Notes under the pieces: model-generated
Database searches by the model: none
What the model saw: only the letters and a program-made list of their open reading frames with translations
What the model was told of the DNA's origin: nothing
Shown: positions 49,401 through 62,667 of the stretch, one piece after another
How positions within the stretch are numbered: position 1 is the stretch's first letter
Layout of the letters: each line of letters opens with the position of its first letter
Source: Octopus sinensis
Lineage: Eukaryota
DNA length: 64,000 nt
Direction: 5' to 3'
Assembly: GCF_006345805.1 (NCBI RefSeq)
Contig: NC_043002.1
Coordinates: 24,800,001-24,864,000 of the forward strand
Translations under genes and position numbers: made by a program

Positions 49401-50323
49401 TATCAGTATGCAAAACTAAATGCAATACCCAATGAATACACTGGACCCGGAGGAATAGCAATCCCAGAGGCACAATCAGTGCGTGACCTGGGTATTTACA
49501 TGAGTGATGACGCAACCTTTCGTGTACATGTTGCTAAATTGGCAATGAAATGTAGACGACTGGCCGGATGGATTCTCAGAACATTTAGAACAAGAGAACA
49601 AGAAACCATGATGGTCCTCTGGAGGACACTTGTCCTAAGCCACTTTGACTATTGCTCTCAGTTATGGTCACCATCCAGTGTCAAGTTGATCACAGAGCTC
49701 GAGGCGATCCAGCGTAGCTACACGAAGAAGATAGCCTCTATGCAGAATGTAAGCTACTGGGAAAGACTCAAGAGATTAAAACTATATTCCTTGGAGCGTA
49801 GGCGGGAAAGATATGCCATAATATACATCTGGAAGATCCTGGAGGGACGTGTCCCAAACTTTGGCATCGAGAGTTACACAAATGCCAGAACTGGGCGCCA
49901 CTGCGTGGTGCCTAGGACTCCAAATTTGCCATCAAGATGTAGGACAAGATACTGTGATAGTCTGGACTTCCGAGGCCCACAGCTCTTCAATATCCTCTCG
50001 AAGAACCTGAGAGACCTGCATGGGGTGGATGCAGATGTCTTTAAAATGAAACTGGATCTCTTCCTGTCGGGTGTCCCAGATGAACCAACTTCACGGCAGG
50101 AGGTGCAGATGAGGGCAGCTGCATCGAACTCTCTCATGCACCAAATGGCAGTTGCTAAAAGCTTTCGTGAAGTAAAACCATGTAGCAACACCAATTGGCG
50201 GTGCCCCAGCATGGCCACAGCTCATGAGCTGAAACTAGAATCAATCAATCAATCAATCAAACCCATTTTCATTAAAATTTTCCTTCTATTTAGCATTCTG
50301 CCTTTTTATAATTTTTCGTTGCC
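45536..50323. mobile_element. Palindromic TIR-bounded non-autonomous element carrying the satellite monomer, disrupted by a LINE
   Basis: 63-bp outer inverted repeats 45536-45598 and 50261-50323 (4 mismatches), TA on both flanks. Inner inverted arms ggtgtatggaaaattttgaaaaatt at 46205 and 47843. Satellite units inverted about ~47240. Confidence 0.75.
47844..50259 (+). mobile_element. 5'-truncated CR1/L2-group LINE ORF2 (EN end + RT), one in-frame stop, (AATC)n tail
   Basis: [59 protein letters not shown]; TAA at 48936-48938; tail at 50239-50259. Confidence 0.92.
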
Positions 50324-50367
50324 TATCATTTCTCCACGTACGGTCAACACAACCCCATCATTTATTG

Positions 50368-50445
<78 letters not shown>

Positions 50446-50484
50446 GTGTATATATATATATATTTATGTATGTATGTATATATG

Positions 50485-50543
<59 letters not shown>

Positions 50544-50623
50544 CAATAAGAAAATGGAGGGGATCAATAGGTGGTATTCATTCATCAACTTTTAAACATT
50601 ATAATATGTCAATTTATTTATTT

Positions 50624-50990
50624 ACTAGCAGAGATACCTGGTGTTGCTTGTGTTACATGCAATTGAAGAATTAGACTTTTCTGTTATATTTTCTGTAATG
50701 AACTGGAATACTTATGATTCAAATTTCATCAAAATTGCAGATGAGGTTTCTTTCCCTCTGAACACACCCTAAAAAAATTGTAATCGTGACACATATATCG
50801 CATACTACTGATTTTTATGTGCATATTCCAAAATTCCAGTCCCGTAGAACCTGTTAAAAGGATTTTGTACCTGAAAAATGGAGGTCATGGAGCTCTAAAA
50901 TGTGGGAGTTAAGGCCCCTATTGGGGGTGGGTGTCTTAATGTCAACCAGAGAAGTTGAATTTTTGAGAATCTCTTTAACTTGGGTCTTAT
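50624..50990 (-). mobile_element. Possible non-autonomous Helitron 3' portion
   Basis: actagcagagatacctggtgttgcttg resembles the antisense hairpin + CTAG end at 12610-12638. Confidence 0.4.
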
Positions 50991-50993
50991 ATC

Positions 50994-53900
50994 TCATCAT
51001 CATCATCGTTTAACATCCACTTTCCATGCTAGCATGGGTTGGACAATTTGACTTAGGACTGGTGAACCAGATGGTTGCTCCAATCTTGATCTGGCAGAGT
51101 TTGTACAGCTGGAAGCCCTTCCTAATGCCAACCACTCCAAGAGTGTAGTCGGTGCTTTTACGTGCCACCGGCACGAGGGCCAGTCAGGCAGTACTGGTAA
51201 TGGCTACGCTCAAACGGTGTTTTTTTATGTGCCACCTGCACAGGAGCCCATCCAGCAGCACTGGCAACGACCTCACTCGGATGTTGTTTCACATGCCAGT
51301 AAGGCAACGCTGGTAACAATCACGCTCGAATGATGCTCTATATGTGCCACCGGCATGGAAGCCAGTTAGCCGCTCTGGCAATGATCACACTTGGATGGTG
51401 CTCTAAGCGCTCCACTAGCACGGATGCCAGTCATCAAATTTGATTTCGATTTCACTTGCCTCAACAGGTCTTCGCAGGCAGAGTTTAGTGTCCTATGAAG
51501 GAAGGGTATGCATAAGTGGGCTGGTTACACCCCTGGCATAGGCCACGAGGTTTTGGTCTCAATTGGCTTGCCGGGTCTTCTCAAGCACAGCATATTTCCA
51601 AAAGTCTCGGTCATTAGTCATTGTCTCGTTCAAAGGTTGTGCTTCACCACTTCATCCCAGGTCTTCATGGGTCTACCTCTTCCACAGGCTCCCTTAACTG
51701 CTAGGGTGTGGCAACTTTTCACACAGTTATCCTCATCCATTCTTGCCACGTGATCATACCAGTGGAGTCATCTCTCTTGCACACCACATCTGATGCTTGT
51801 TAGGTCAAACTTTTCTCTCAAGGTACTTACACTCCGTCGAGTATGCACACTGGCATTACACATCGACCGGAGCATATTGGCTTCATTCCTTGGGAGCTTG
51901 CGCATGTCCTCAGCAGTCACGGCCTATATTTCACTGCCATGTAGCATGGCTGTTTGTACACATGCATCATGCAGTCTACCTTTTACTCTGAGCGAGAGGC
52001 TCTTTGTCACCAGCAGAGGTAAGAGCTGTTTGAACTTTGATCAGGCTATTCTTATTCTAGCAGCTACACTTTCAACACACCCTACCCCACTACTGACTTG
52101 GTCACCTAGGTAACAGAAGCTATCAACTACTTCTAGTTTTTCTCCCTGGAATGTGGCGTAAGTTGTTCTCTGCACATTTTCAGTGTTTATTGCTCCTGAT
52201 CATCTGCCACATACAAAAACTATCTTTCCAGTTAGCCTTCCTTTGATATTGCCACCCTTCTTATGTGTCCATATCTTACACTGGATACATCTTACAGATT
52301 TTCTGCCTATGCCTTTTCTACAGATCGAGCAGGGTCATCTACCTGAAGGGATTTGTGGTTTGCCTGCCTTCCTAGTTATTAGGACTTTGGTTTTAGCTAG
52401 GTTGACTCTAAGGCCCTTTGATTCTAATCCTTGTTTCCACACCTAAAACTTCTTCTTGAGTTCTGATAGTAACTCAGCAATTAGAGCAAGATCGTCAGCA
52501 TAGAGGAGCTCCCAAGGGCATCCTGTCTTGAATTCCTCCGTTATTGCCTGGGGACTAACGACTGAACCTTGGTGGACTCCTCGTTGCCAACCCTCACCTT
52601 ACTGACGGCGTCCCTGTACATGGCTTGCACAGCTCTCACTAACCATTCATCTATCCCTACTTTCCTCATTGACCACCAGATCAGGGATCGGGGGACCTGT
52701 CAAAGGCTTTCTTCATGTCAACAAATGCCAGGTACAGAGGTTTATCTTTGGCTAGGTATTTCTCCTGTAACAGTCTTACCAGAAATATAGCATCAGTGGT
52801 GCTTTTCCTTGGCACGAAACCAAACTGCATCTCATCTAAACTGACTCTCTCCCTAATTTGTTGGGCTATGACCCTCTCCGTGACCTTAATTACCTGATCC
52901 AACAGCTTAATACCTCTGTAATTATTTGTATCTAAAGCGTCACCTTTACCTTTGTAGCAGTTGACTATTATGCTACTACACCAGTCATTGGGTATGACTC
53001 CTTCATGTATCACCTGATTAACTATACGGGTGACTAGGCTATAGCCGACACTGCCAGATATTTTGAGCATCTCTGCAGTGATTCCTGATGGGCCAGGGGC
53101 TTTCCCTGTCTTCATACTCTTAATTGCTTTATCTACCAAGGTACTGTCAACATGGATAGCTGGTCCCTCTGTTGGGACGACATTCGGCAGACTCTCTTTT
53201 TCCCATTCATTTTCTTTATTCAGCAATCTTTCATAGTGGCATCTTCAAACCTCTCTCTTTGCTTCCTCATTTAGTGCAAGTGAACCATCATCCATGCGAA
53301 CACATTTCTCTCCTACAACATCACGATTCTCTCTCACACACTGTCTTGCAACACGAAATACCTCAAGATTTGGTCCTCATGGTGCAGAACATTGGCAAAT
53401 ATTTTTTTATCTGCTTCCCCTCTGACTAAATAAACCTGCCTCCTAGCTTCTCTTTTCGCAGTCTGATACAATTCCCTGCTACCACCATTCTTTCAGTCCT
53501 TCTAAGCCTGTTTCTTTTCTCTAATAGCCCTGTCAACCACATTGTTCCACCACCAATGTTATTTTGGGTCGGGAGGAGACTTTGTACCATCCACAGCTCT
53601 GGTCAGTGGCACTCAGCAGGTTGTCCCATAGAAACCTCCAGTTGTCTTCTACATTGTGTGAAGCTATATCCCCTTCTATTTTGTCAAAGGCTTCGAGTAA
53701 TATGTCTCTAAATCTCTGTCCATTTGCAGGATCTTTAAGCTTCCAGACCCTTCTCCTCCATGTTGGTCATCTTCTGGGCATCTTGAAGTCACTAACTACC
53801 AGTCTATGTTGTGAGGTACATTCTTCACCTGGAAGGTTTGGGCATTTATAAGCAGCCATCTTTCCCTTTTTCTGGTGAGGATGTAGTCAATTTGGCTAAT

Positions 53901-54175
53901 GTGTCTGCCAGAATGGTAGGTGACTAGGTGACTGGCAGGTTTTCTGAAGTTAGTATTGCAAACAATGAGATCATTTGCATCGCACAACTCCAGCAGCCTG
54001 GTTCCCTTCTCATTGCGGGAACCAAAACCGTAGCATCCATGTACACCATGGAAGCCCCCTGTATGTTGTCCAACATGTCCATTGAAGTCACCAGCCACAA
54101 AGAGGAAGTCCCTGTCATTCGTCAACGCAGTAGTCTGCAAGAGGGTGTCATAGAATCGGTCTTTCTGTTCATCGT
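50994..54175 (-). mobile_element. RTE LINE, 5'-truncated and decayed, same family as 37232-40564
   Basis: FVAGDFNGHV, KAPGPSGITAEML, YLAFVDMKKAFD, ELLYADDLAL on the minus strand; (GAT)n tail at ~50994. Confidence 0.9.
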
Positions 54176-54280
54176 CCGTGATGACTCAATTAGTTCAGTC
54201 ACATGGTGACAACTCCATGACAACAAAGTCTGGCTGACCAGCTACAATCTTGGTCAGAGGGAGAAATGAAGCTTACTGTT

Positions 54281-54649
54281 TGTAAGAATTAGCACTTCCT
54301 TCTCTAAGCTTGGATTCGAAATCAAACCCAAGAATCATTGGTCGTCAAATACCAATGCATAAAAAGGCGCGAAATCAGAATTTCTTTGTTCTGACAAAAA
54401 GTGATGGATCGTCTCCCTTCGACCTTTGGCCTGAGCCAGGTCAGGCGAAGTTTAACTGAACGACCAGTGACCTACTTTAACGATAACTCTCTTGCGATAT
54501 ATCTATTTTTCTGGCTATTTGAGATTTTATAAATAGAACGGAAAAATCGGTATCTAGAGAGAACCAGAGCTGACGCCTAAATGAACGCCACGCATTTCAG
54601 GAGACGACGAGAGAGAATATGCATAAAGGTGACTGTCCTGCATGATTTA

Positions 54650-54680
<31 letters not shown>

Positions 54681-54877
54681 CATCAAACATATTCTTCTTT
54701 AATATGTATCATGTATTATGCATTTCTTTAATATGTATTCTTTGCAAGCATTATTTAATATGCATTTTTGTACAAGCAATGTGTAGCATTGCTTACAAAT
54801 TGATGTAGTGAAAATAAATCTCTAATTTATTACAAAACAACTTATGTATTTATTAATACATCCACGCATCCACTACA
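54281..54877 (+). repeat. 5' LTR
   Basis: TGTAAG...CTACA; AATAAA near 54812. Confidence 0.93.
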
Positions 54878-54879
54878 TT

Positions 54880-54890
54880 TGGTGACCCCG
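54880..54890 (+). promoter_or_regulatory. Primer-binding site, tRNA-Trp-like
   Basis: TGGTGACCCCG two nt after the LTR, complementary to the 3' end ...CGGGGUCACCA of metazoan tRNA-Trp. Confidence 0.7.
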
Positions 54891-54995
54891 TAAAACGAAT
54901 CGCGCCTTCCCCGGAACGAACTTCATCAACCGCGTCGAAGAATTACAGTTTGCACATCACCAGCAACGAAGCAACTGAAAATTCCGACGAAAACA

Positions 54996-55862
54996 ATGGA
55001 ACTCCCGGAACAAAATCCAGCGGCCAACATCGACATGGCATTCTAAGCGGCGATCTCGTTAAAAATTCCACCATTCTGGACCCACGACCCGACATTGTGG
55101 TTTCACCATATAGAGGCACAGTTTGCCTCTCACAGAATATTGAGCGATGCGGCTCGACTTTCTCATGTTATCGGTTCTCTGTCACCAGAAATAACGAACG
55201 TAATACGTGACCTTATCATGGCACCACCCGGTTCTGTTTCATATGAAGTTTTTAAAACCACGTTAATAAACAGAACCTCAGAATCCCAACAAAAAAGACT
55301 TCACCAGCTTCTGATATCGGAAGAATTGGGTGACAAAACGCCGTCCCAGCTTCTTCGTAGAATGAAGCAGCTTCTCGGAGATGAGACGCTCCCAGAAAAA
55401 ATTTTCAAGCAACTTTTTCTCCAGCGTCTGCCCTCCAATACCCAGGTTGTTCTCGCGTCTACCAGAGAAAACACATCCCTTGAAGAACTGGCGGAGCTAG
55501 CTGACAAAATAGCCGAAGTACCGCACAAATATCCAACGGTATCGACGGTGACGCCAGCCGCTCCCAGTACCAATCCTTTCCGTGCACAAACCAGTTCTTC
55601 TGAGATTTCGGATTTGCGTGCATTAATGACGCAGCAAGCTGCGCAAATACAAATCCTCACAGCCCAAATACAAGCCCTAAAGCTTAGTCCCCAGCGTCGA
55701 AGCACCAGCCGATCTCGACGAGATGGCAGACGGTCCCGAAGCCCCAGTGCTACCCGCAACTCACATGACACGTGTTGGTACCACCGAACATTCGGAACAC
55801 GGGCACAAAAATGTACGGTACCGTGCTCGTTTTCCTCACCCAGTTCGGGAAACGGGAATTGA
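54996..55862 (+). pseudogene. gag: Gypsy gag with a premature stop at 55044-55046
   Basis: MELPEQ...MAF*AAISLKIPPFWTHDPTLWF...LGDKTPSQLLRRM...[13 protein letters not shown]. Confidence 0.85.
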
Positions 55863-58800
55863 ACGCGACGGAAGTTCCTGGTTCGCACCCACACAGTCAC
55901 CTGTTTTTCGTTTGCGATCGTGTAACAGGCACGCGTTTCCTGGTTGACATAGGTGCGGAAGTCAGCATCATCCCAATCTCCAACACTTCTGGAAAAAGAA
56001 AAGAGACATCAGTCTGTCTTCAGGCAGTCAACCATTCACCCATTCCAACCTACGGTGAACAGTCCCTAACATTGAACATAGGACTACGCCGCACATTTCA
56101 GTGGGTATTCGTCGTCGCTAAACTGCCGACCCCTATCTTAGGAGCCGATTTCTTGCATCATTTCGGTCTCCTGGTAGACATAAAGAACAGACGACTTGTC
56201 GACACCACCACCAAGCTTACTGTGCGCGGTATAGCCGCTCGAATGGACACAGTCAGCCCAACTGTAATGCTTACGACAACGACTCGTCACAGTTCCATTC
56301 TGAATGAATATCCAGATGTCGCGCGACCAGTTTTCCATAACCAACCTATCAAACACGACGTTACCCACCACATCAAAACCAACGGTCCACCTGTTGCTGC
56401 AAGGCCCAGAAGGTTACCACCTGATCGTCTCCAGGCCGTCAAGTGGGAATTCCAGCACATGCTCGACCTCGGAATCATCCGCGTTTCCAGCAGCAACTGG
56501 TCCTCGCCGATACACTGCGTCCCAAAAAAATCATCGACCGATTGGCGGGTTTGCGGCGATTATCGATCACTGAATAAAAGCACTATCAGTGATGCCTATC
56601 CGGTGCCTTTTCTTCAGGACTTTTCGAGCTCGCTGCATGGAGCTCGCATCTTTTCAAAAATCGACCTGGTGCGAGCATACAACCAAATCCCAGTCGAACC
56701 TGCGGACATCTCAAAGACAGCAGTTACTACACCTTTCGGAATGTTTGAATTCCTGCGTATGCCTTTCGGTTTACGAAGCGCGGCACAGACATTCCAAAGG
56801 TCTATCGACATGGTGACTAGAGGTTTGCCTTTCATCTATGCCTACATAGACGACATACTCGTGGCCAGTAACTCGGACGAAGAGCATAATCAACACCTTC
56901 ACCTGCTATTCGAACGTCTCCGTCAATTTGGTGTTGTTATCAACCCTACTTTGTTTGTTATCAACCCTGTTTGTTCGGAGTTGCTTCCCTTCATTTTCTC
57001 GAGCATATAGTCGATAAAAATGGAATTCGTCCCCTTCCCGAGAAAGTTAAGGCCATCGTGGATTTTCCACCACCCACATCTCTCCGCAAATTAAGGGAAT
57101 ATCTCGGTCTAGCGAATTTCTATCGACGGTTCGTGCACCACCTCGCTGAAATAGCGCAACCGCTCACGGATTTGCTACGTCAGCGAACCTGCAAAAATGC
57201 AGATATAGCTCTGACCGAAGATCAACTCGTTTCTTTCGCTGCCGTGAAAAAAGCGTTATCTAGCGCTACCATGTTGGTTTATCCAAAACCAGACGCCCCA
57301 CGATGTTTACTCGTTGATGCATCCGATTCCGGAATCGGAGGTGTGCTACAACAGCTTCTTGACGGTATATGGCAACCGTTGTCTTTCTTTTCTAAGCGGT
57401 TAAAACCCGCGGAAACCAAATACAGCACATTCAGTCGGGAATTATTGGCGGCATACCTGGCCGTTAAGCATTTCCGTCATATGCTAGAAGGTACCAATTT
57501 TGCCATATACACCGACCACAAGCCATTAGTATACGCATTTAACACCAAGCCGGATCGCCACTCGCCAAGAGAAATCCGCCACCTCGACTTCATATCGCAG
57601 TACACGACGGATATACGTCACATCAAAGGGACGACCAACGTGGCAGCCGATGCACTTTCACGTGCGCAGATCAATGCTATCCACACCATGTCTACAATTG
57701 ATCTGGCACGTATAGCAGCTGACCAGGAGAATGACGAAGAACTTCTAAAGCTCCGGGATTCATCTCTGAAATTTCAGCATGTTCCGCTACCATCATCCAC
57801 AGCCCATATTTGGTGTGATATTTCCACTGGTTACCAACGCCCTTATGTACCACAGAAATATCGTCGAGAAGTTTTCTCCGCTCTACATTCTCTGTCACAT
57901 CCTGGTATTCGCTCCACTCAAAAGCTAATATCGACCCGTTTTGTGTGGACCAGTATCAACAAGGATATCAGAAGGAATGGACCAAGTGCTGTGTTGCGTG
58001 CCAAAAAGCGAAAATCCACCGGCACATAAAATCACCAATCGGTTCATTTTCGCAACCCGACGCACGATTTCAGCACGTTCACATTGATATCGTTGGACCC
58101 CTGCCACCTTCGCAGAACTATTCATATTTGCTAACTTGCGTAGATAGGTTCTCGCGATGGCCCGAAGCCTGGCCCTTATCTGATATATCAGCAGAAACGG
58201 TCGCTAAAACGCTGATATCACAATGGGTTTCGCGTTTTGGCACACCCGCAACAATTACCACCGACAGAGGACGTCAGTTCGATTCCCACCTTTTCACCGA
58301 GCTGACTCGTCTCCTCGGGTGTAAACACACCCGCACTACAGCTTACCACCCTGCAGCAAATGGCATGGTCGAACGCTTTCACCGCCAACTCAAGGCATCT
58401 ATCAAAGCAGCTCCAGACAGTTCTCACTGGTTGGAACATCTCCCTCTCATCCTCCTTGGAATTCGATCCACGATTAAGGAAGAACTGGGATATACTCCGG
58501 CCGAACTCGTTTATGGCACAACACTCACCTTACCTGGGCAGATGATCGAACCTGTTTCACAAAACTTCCCTGACCCACAACAATATGTGCACCGATTACG
58601 GACATCCATGTCGCAGTTATCACCTTCAGGCCCCAGACAACAGAACGTCGTTTCACGTGTCCCAAAAGATATCAACACATGGACTCATGTCTTTGTGAGG
58701 AATGATGGGATACCCTCTCAACTTCGACCACCATATTCAGGGCCTTACAAGGTCATCAAAAGAGAACCCAAGTATTTCGTCCTCGATATTGGAGGTAAAC

Positions 58801-59018
58801 GAAATACGGTCTCGATTGATTGTTTAAAAAAAGCTTTCATCGAGGAGGACTTACATTCAGTCCCCTCTTTTCCTCAAACAGACTCGGCAACTCCAGCGAA
58901 CACCACAGATTCTGCACAACCCCGACACACCAAATCAGGAAGAACAGTTCGATGGCCAGCAAGGTTTGTGCAAGTTTTTCGGGTAAGTTCTGAACTCCTA
59001 ACGTATCCATATTCCTAA
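55847..59018 (+). pseudogene. pol: Gypsy pol (PR, RT, RNase H, IN) split by two frameshifts
   Basis: [10 protein letters not shown] (PR), YIDD (RT), LVDASD (RH), H-x3-H...CVAC and HIDIVGPLP...TDRG...NGMVERFH (IN), spread across ORFs 55772, 56971 and 57945. Confidence 0.9.
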
Positions 59019-59536
59019 TGAACACATAACTGCATCACCCACCCAGAGAAATCAAAGAACATTTGTGTACATAAAGAAAAAAAAACTGTCTGTATGAACT
59101 TTTACGGAACATTTCAAAATCGAACTTTGCCGATGAACATTTCTTTCATTTTTGCATGTACATATTTTTTGTTTTCTCTTCAAAATGTTTGCTTTCTCAT
59201 AAATATATTTTTTTGCTAACTGTATATCCACACACATTTACAAATTTTGTTCTCATGCGTGCTATCACTCGATCTTTTTCGCCACTGAAAGACACCCTGC
59301 CTCTATTAGACCTCTAGTAGGTCGAGTAATCAATAGACGCACATCTCTTTCAACGCGCCACCATAATTCTGCCTGGGCACATATACATATTGCCCACCAT
59401 ATAGCACATACAAACTGTAAACCTTTCATGCATATTTTTTATCGTTCAATGTGTAAATTCTTTTTTTTCTGCATGCACAAAAAAAAAAAAAAAAAATACA
59501 TTTCCAATATCGTTCGATCTCTGTGGCTTTCTCACT

Positions 59537-60110
59537 AGAATTAGCACTTCCTTCTCTAAGCTTGGATTCGAAATCAAACCCAAGAATCATTGGTCGTCAA
59601 ATACCAATGCATAAAAAGGCGCGAAATCAGAATTTCTTTGTTCTGACAAAAAGTGATGGATCGTCTCCCTTCGACCTTTGGCCTGAGCCAGGTCAGGCGA
59701 AGTTTAACTGAACGACCAGTGACCTACTTTAACGATAACTCTCTTGCGATATATCTATTTTTCTGGCTATTTGAGATTTTATAAATAGAACGGAAAAATC
59801 GGTATCTAGAGAGAACCAGAGCTGACGCCTAAATGAACGCCACACATTTCAGGAGACGACGAGAGAGAATATGCATAAAGGTGACTGTCCTGCATGATTT
59901 ACTCACACACACACACACACACACCATCAAACATCTTCTTTAATATGTATCATGTATTATGCATTTCTTTAATATGTATTCTTTGCAAGCATTATTTAAT
60001 ATGCATTTTTGTACAAGCAATGTGTAGCATTGCTTACAAATTGATGTAGTGAAAATAAATCTCTAATTTATTACAAAACAACTTATGTATTTATTAATAC
60101 ATCCACTACA
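59537..60110 (+). repeat. 3' LTR lacking its first 4 nt
   Basis: Begins agaattagcacttcc directly after ctcact; ends CTACA followed by the TGTT TSD. Confidence 0.9.
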
Positions 60111-60114
60111 TGTT

Positions 60115-60435
60115 ATCTCTAGTTCTAATTCTGTTCTCTTACAACATCATTCTAAGGTTGTCTGCAGATTACTACTAACTATTTGTTTACGCCAAACTAT
60201 GTAAAGAAACATTCTACCGCATCTAACTTTCTTTGTATGCTTTTGGATATATCATAACCTGCCCATCAAGGCAAGGTAGTGTAACATAACGGTAAATAAA
60301 TACTTTCTTAAAACTTCATACATTGTTCATCTTTCACATCCTACAGTATGCAACTATAACAACAAATTATTATCGTTACAACTGCTGACTCCAACATTTC
60401 ATAATAATATTTACCAATCAATTTCTCCCGCTACA
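60115..60435 (+). mobile_element. 3' part of an older LTR-like element split by the Gypsy insertion (5' part at 54176-54280)
   Basis: The joined flanks align with 61840-62252 (gactcaattag, tggtcagag, ctgttctcttacaac, aacctgccc.tc.aggcaaggta.tgtaac, acggtaaataaa, ccg.taca). Confidence 0.7.
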
Positions 60436-60692
60436 TATATATAAACTGGAGGTAAGTAAAATGTTTGATGTTATTTATTTTTCCAATTTCCTGTTTTGAT
60501 ATATAATTACTCTGCAAACAATATATCCAGAATTTTCAACTCTAATGCATACATCACATAAATATAAAAACCACATACAAAATTAGAATACTGGAATAAG
60601 CAGATCTGCTTCAAGAGGACACAGCTTGAATTTTAACCCTACCTGCATAATATACATATGCATGTGTGTGTGTGTATATATATATATATATC

Positions 60693-60915
60693 GGCGAGCT
60701 GGCAGAAACGTTAGCACGCCGGGCGAAATGCGTAGCTGTATTTCGTCTGTCGTCACGTTCCGAGTTCAAATTCCGCCGAGGTCGACTTTGCCTTTCATCC
60801 TTTCGGGGTCGATAAATTAAGTACCAGTTACACACTGGGGTCGATATAATCGACTTAATCCGTTCGTCTGTCCTTGTTTGTCCCGTCTGTGTTTAGCCCC
60901 TTGTGGGTAGTAAAG

Positions 60916-60920
<5 letters not shown>
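60693..60920 (+). mobile_element. tRNA-derived SINE family A, well preserved
   Basis: A-box-like tggcagaaacgtt and B box gagttcaaattcc; inserted in (TA)n. Confidence 0.85.
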
Positions 60921-60949
<29 letters not shown>

Positions 60950-61508
60950 CTTCTTCCCCAAGGTATTTTGGCGCCTCTTCCTCCCATCCTCTTTAATTCT
61001 TTCTTTCTCTCTCTCTTGGTCATTGCTTCTGTTTTCGGCCCTCCTTCCCTGTGTTTGTGAAATATTTGTATCTCTGCCATAAGGCTTCCTTTCCACACAT
61101 GCCAGGTGAATTCAATTTGTTCCCAGTCGAAAGACACCTGTTGCAATGTCCTGTTATTGATTTTAATGTATTTTGTATTTATCTTTGTGTAAAATCGTCT
61201 GTTTTTCTGTCCTTGTTTTCATATACATTTGATGCTTTCCTCCAAGGAATTTAATGCTCTTAGCTTAGTTTTTCCTTGGGGCTGGCCAGATTGGAGCAAT
61301 CTCAAGATTAATAGCTGAAATTGCGAGGATGATCTGGTTCTTGACTGAGGATAGAAAGCTTTGAATGACCCATCCTTGTTTTTTTGTATCGTCTATCTGG
61401 ATGTTTTGTTGTCCCTTTTTGTATCACCTATTTGTCCAGATGTCTTGCATTCTTGTTCCATTTTGTATTTTATACACACACACACATATGTATATACACA
61501 CATATATA

Positions 61509-62252
61509 TGTAGTGAATCTTGCAAGCATGAAGTGGATTCAATCCATCATAGCTAAATTTAAATCAACACTGCTACAGAACTTTTCCTACGATGGAACAA
61601 TGGTTTTTCTCTGACAGCAGTTTTATATTTCCCAGATGCCACTAGCTAGGCCAAAATAACGGCTTCACCAATTGACCCTTTCTAACCTCTTCTACTTCCC
61701 TAAAGCTAGAATAGAGATGACAAGACCACCAACTAAATCTATTGTTCTAAATGATATATCTATCCTTCTGGATCTTAATATAAGCAAGCACATCCCAAGC
61801 AAAAATCAGTCAGTAGCTTGTTGGCAACTGAATAAGGCATTTCATGACGACTCAATTAGTAAGGAAAAGACTGCTAGAATTTAATGGTCAGAGAGAGAAA
61901 GAAAAATTTCTACCAGCAACTTCAGATAACGTCCCACACTCTCACTAGCTCAAACTCTGTTCTCTTACAACGTCATTCTATCTCTCTCAGCAATTACTAC
62001 TAACAACGAAGAGAACCCAACTCAAATATTCTACAGCATCTAACTTTCGCATGCTTTTGGATTTATCAACCTGCCCGTCGAGGCAAGGTATTGTAACGTA
62101 ACGGTAAATAAACATTTCCTTAAATCTTCATGCATTGGTCATCTTACACATTTTACAACTTGCCCTTTTAATAACAAACTCTTATCGTCACAACTGCTGG
62201 CTCCAACATTTCTTTATAATATTGTGTACCAAATCAAATATCTACCGTTACA
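61509..62252 (+). mobile_element. Solo LTR-like element
   Basis: TGTAG...TTACA ends, internal AATAAA, flanked by TA repeats; homologous to the element split by the Gypsy insertion. Confidence 0.6.
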
Positions 62253-62271
62253 TATATATATAATTGTGTTG

Positions 62272-62352
<81 letters not shown>

Positions 62353-62667
62353 ACACCTAAACAAACACATGCACACATACATGTGCACACACACACACCA
62401 TATTTACAGGAAATGTTGGTTCAAGTCCCATAGGTAGCTTTTAATATTTTACTATCCAAAGGCATTTTCTTAACCCAGTATTTACCCACTATTATTTATA
62501 GCTTTATATGCATTGAGACCCACCATTCCAAAAAAGAATTATTTCATGTTCTCTCAGAGTTTATGAATTCTTGTGATGTCGCCAGAGTATGAACATAGCC
62601 TTTGGACTATAAAGCACATAAAAAGATACATACATATAAAGCACATAAAAAGGTACATACATATATA

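Larger units (their letters stand above)
54281..60110 (+). mobile_element. Ty3/Gypsy LTR retrotransposon
   Basis: LTRs 54281-54877 and 59537-60110, nearly identical; 4-bp TSD TGTT (54277-54280 and 60111-60114); PBS; domain order gag-PR-RT-RH-IN. Confidence 0.96.

Noticed and set aside
50150-50543. C-terminal extension of the 530-aa LINE ORF
   Set aside because: Chance read-through via the (AATC)n tail, the TIR and the (TA)n microsatellite; not a genuine fusion.
60693-60780. tRNA gene
   Set aside because: A and B boxes are present but there is no cloverleaf; it continues into a SINE body found many times in the window.
60945-61480. Possible further Penelope-type terminal repeat (ctgagga...gaat)
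   Set aside because: Core incomplete and no second copy in the window to support it.
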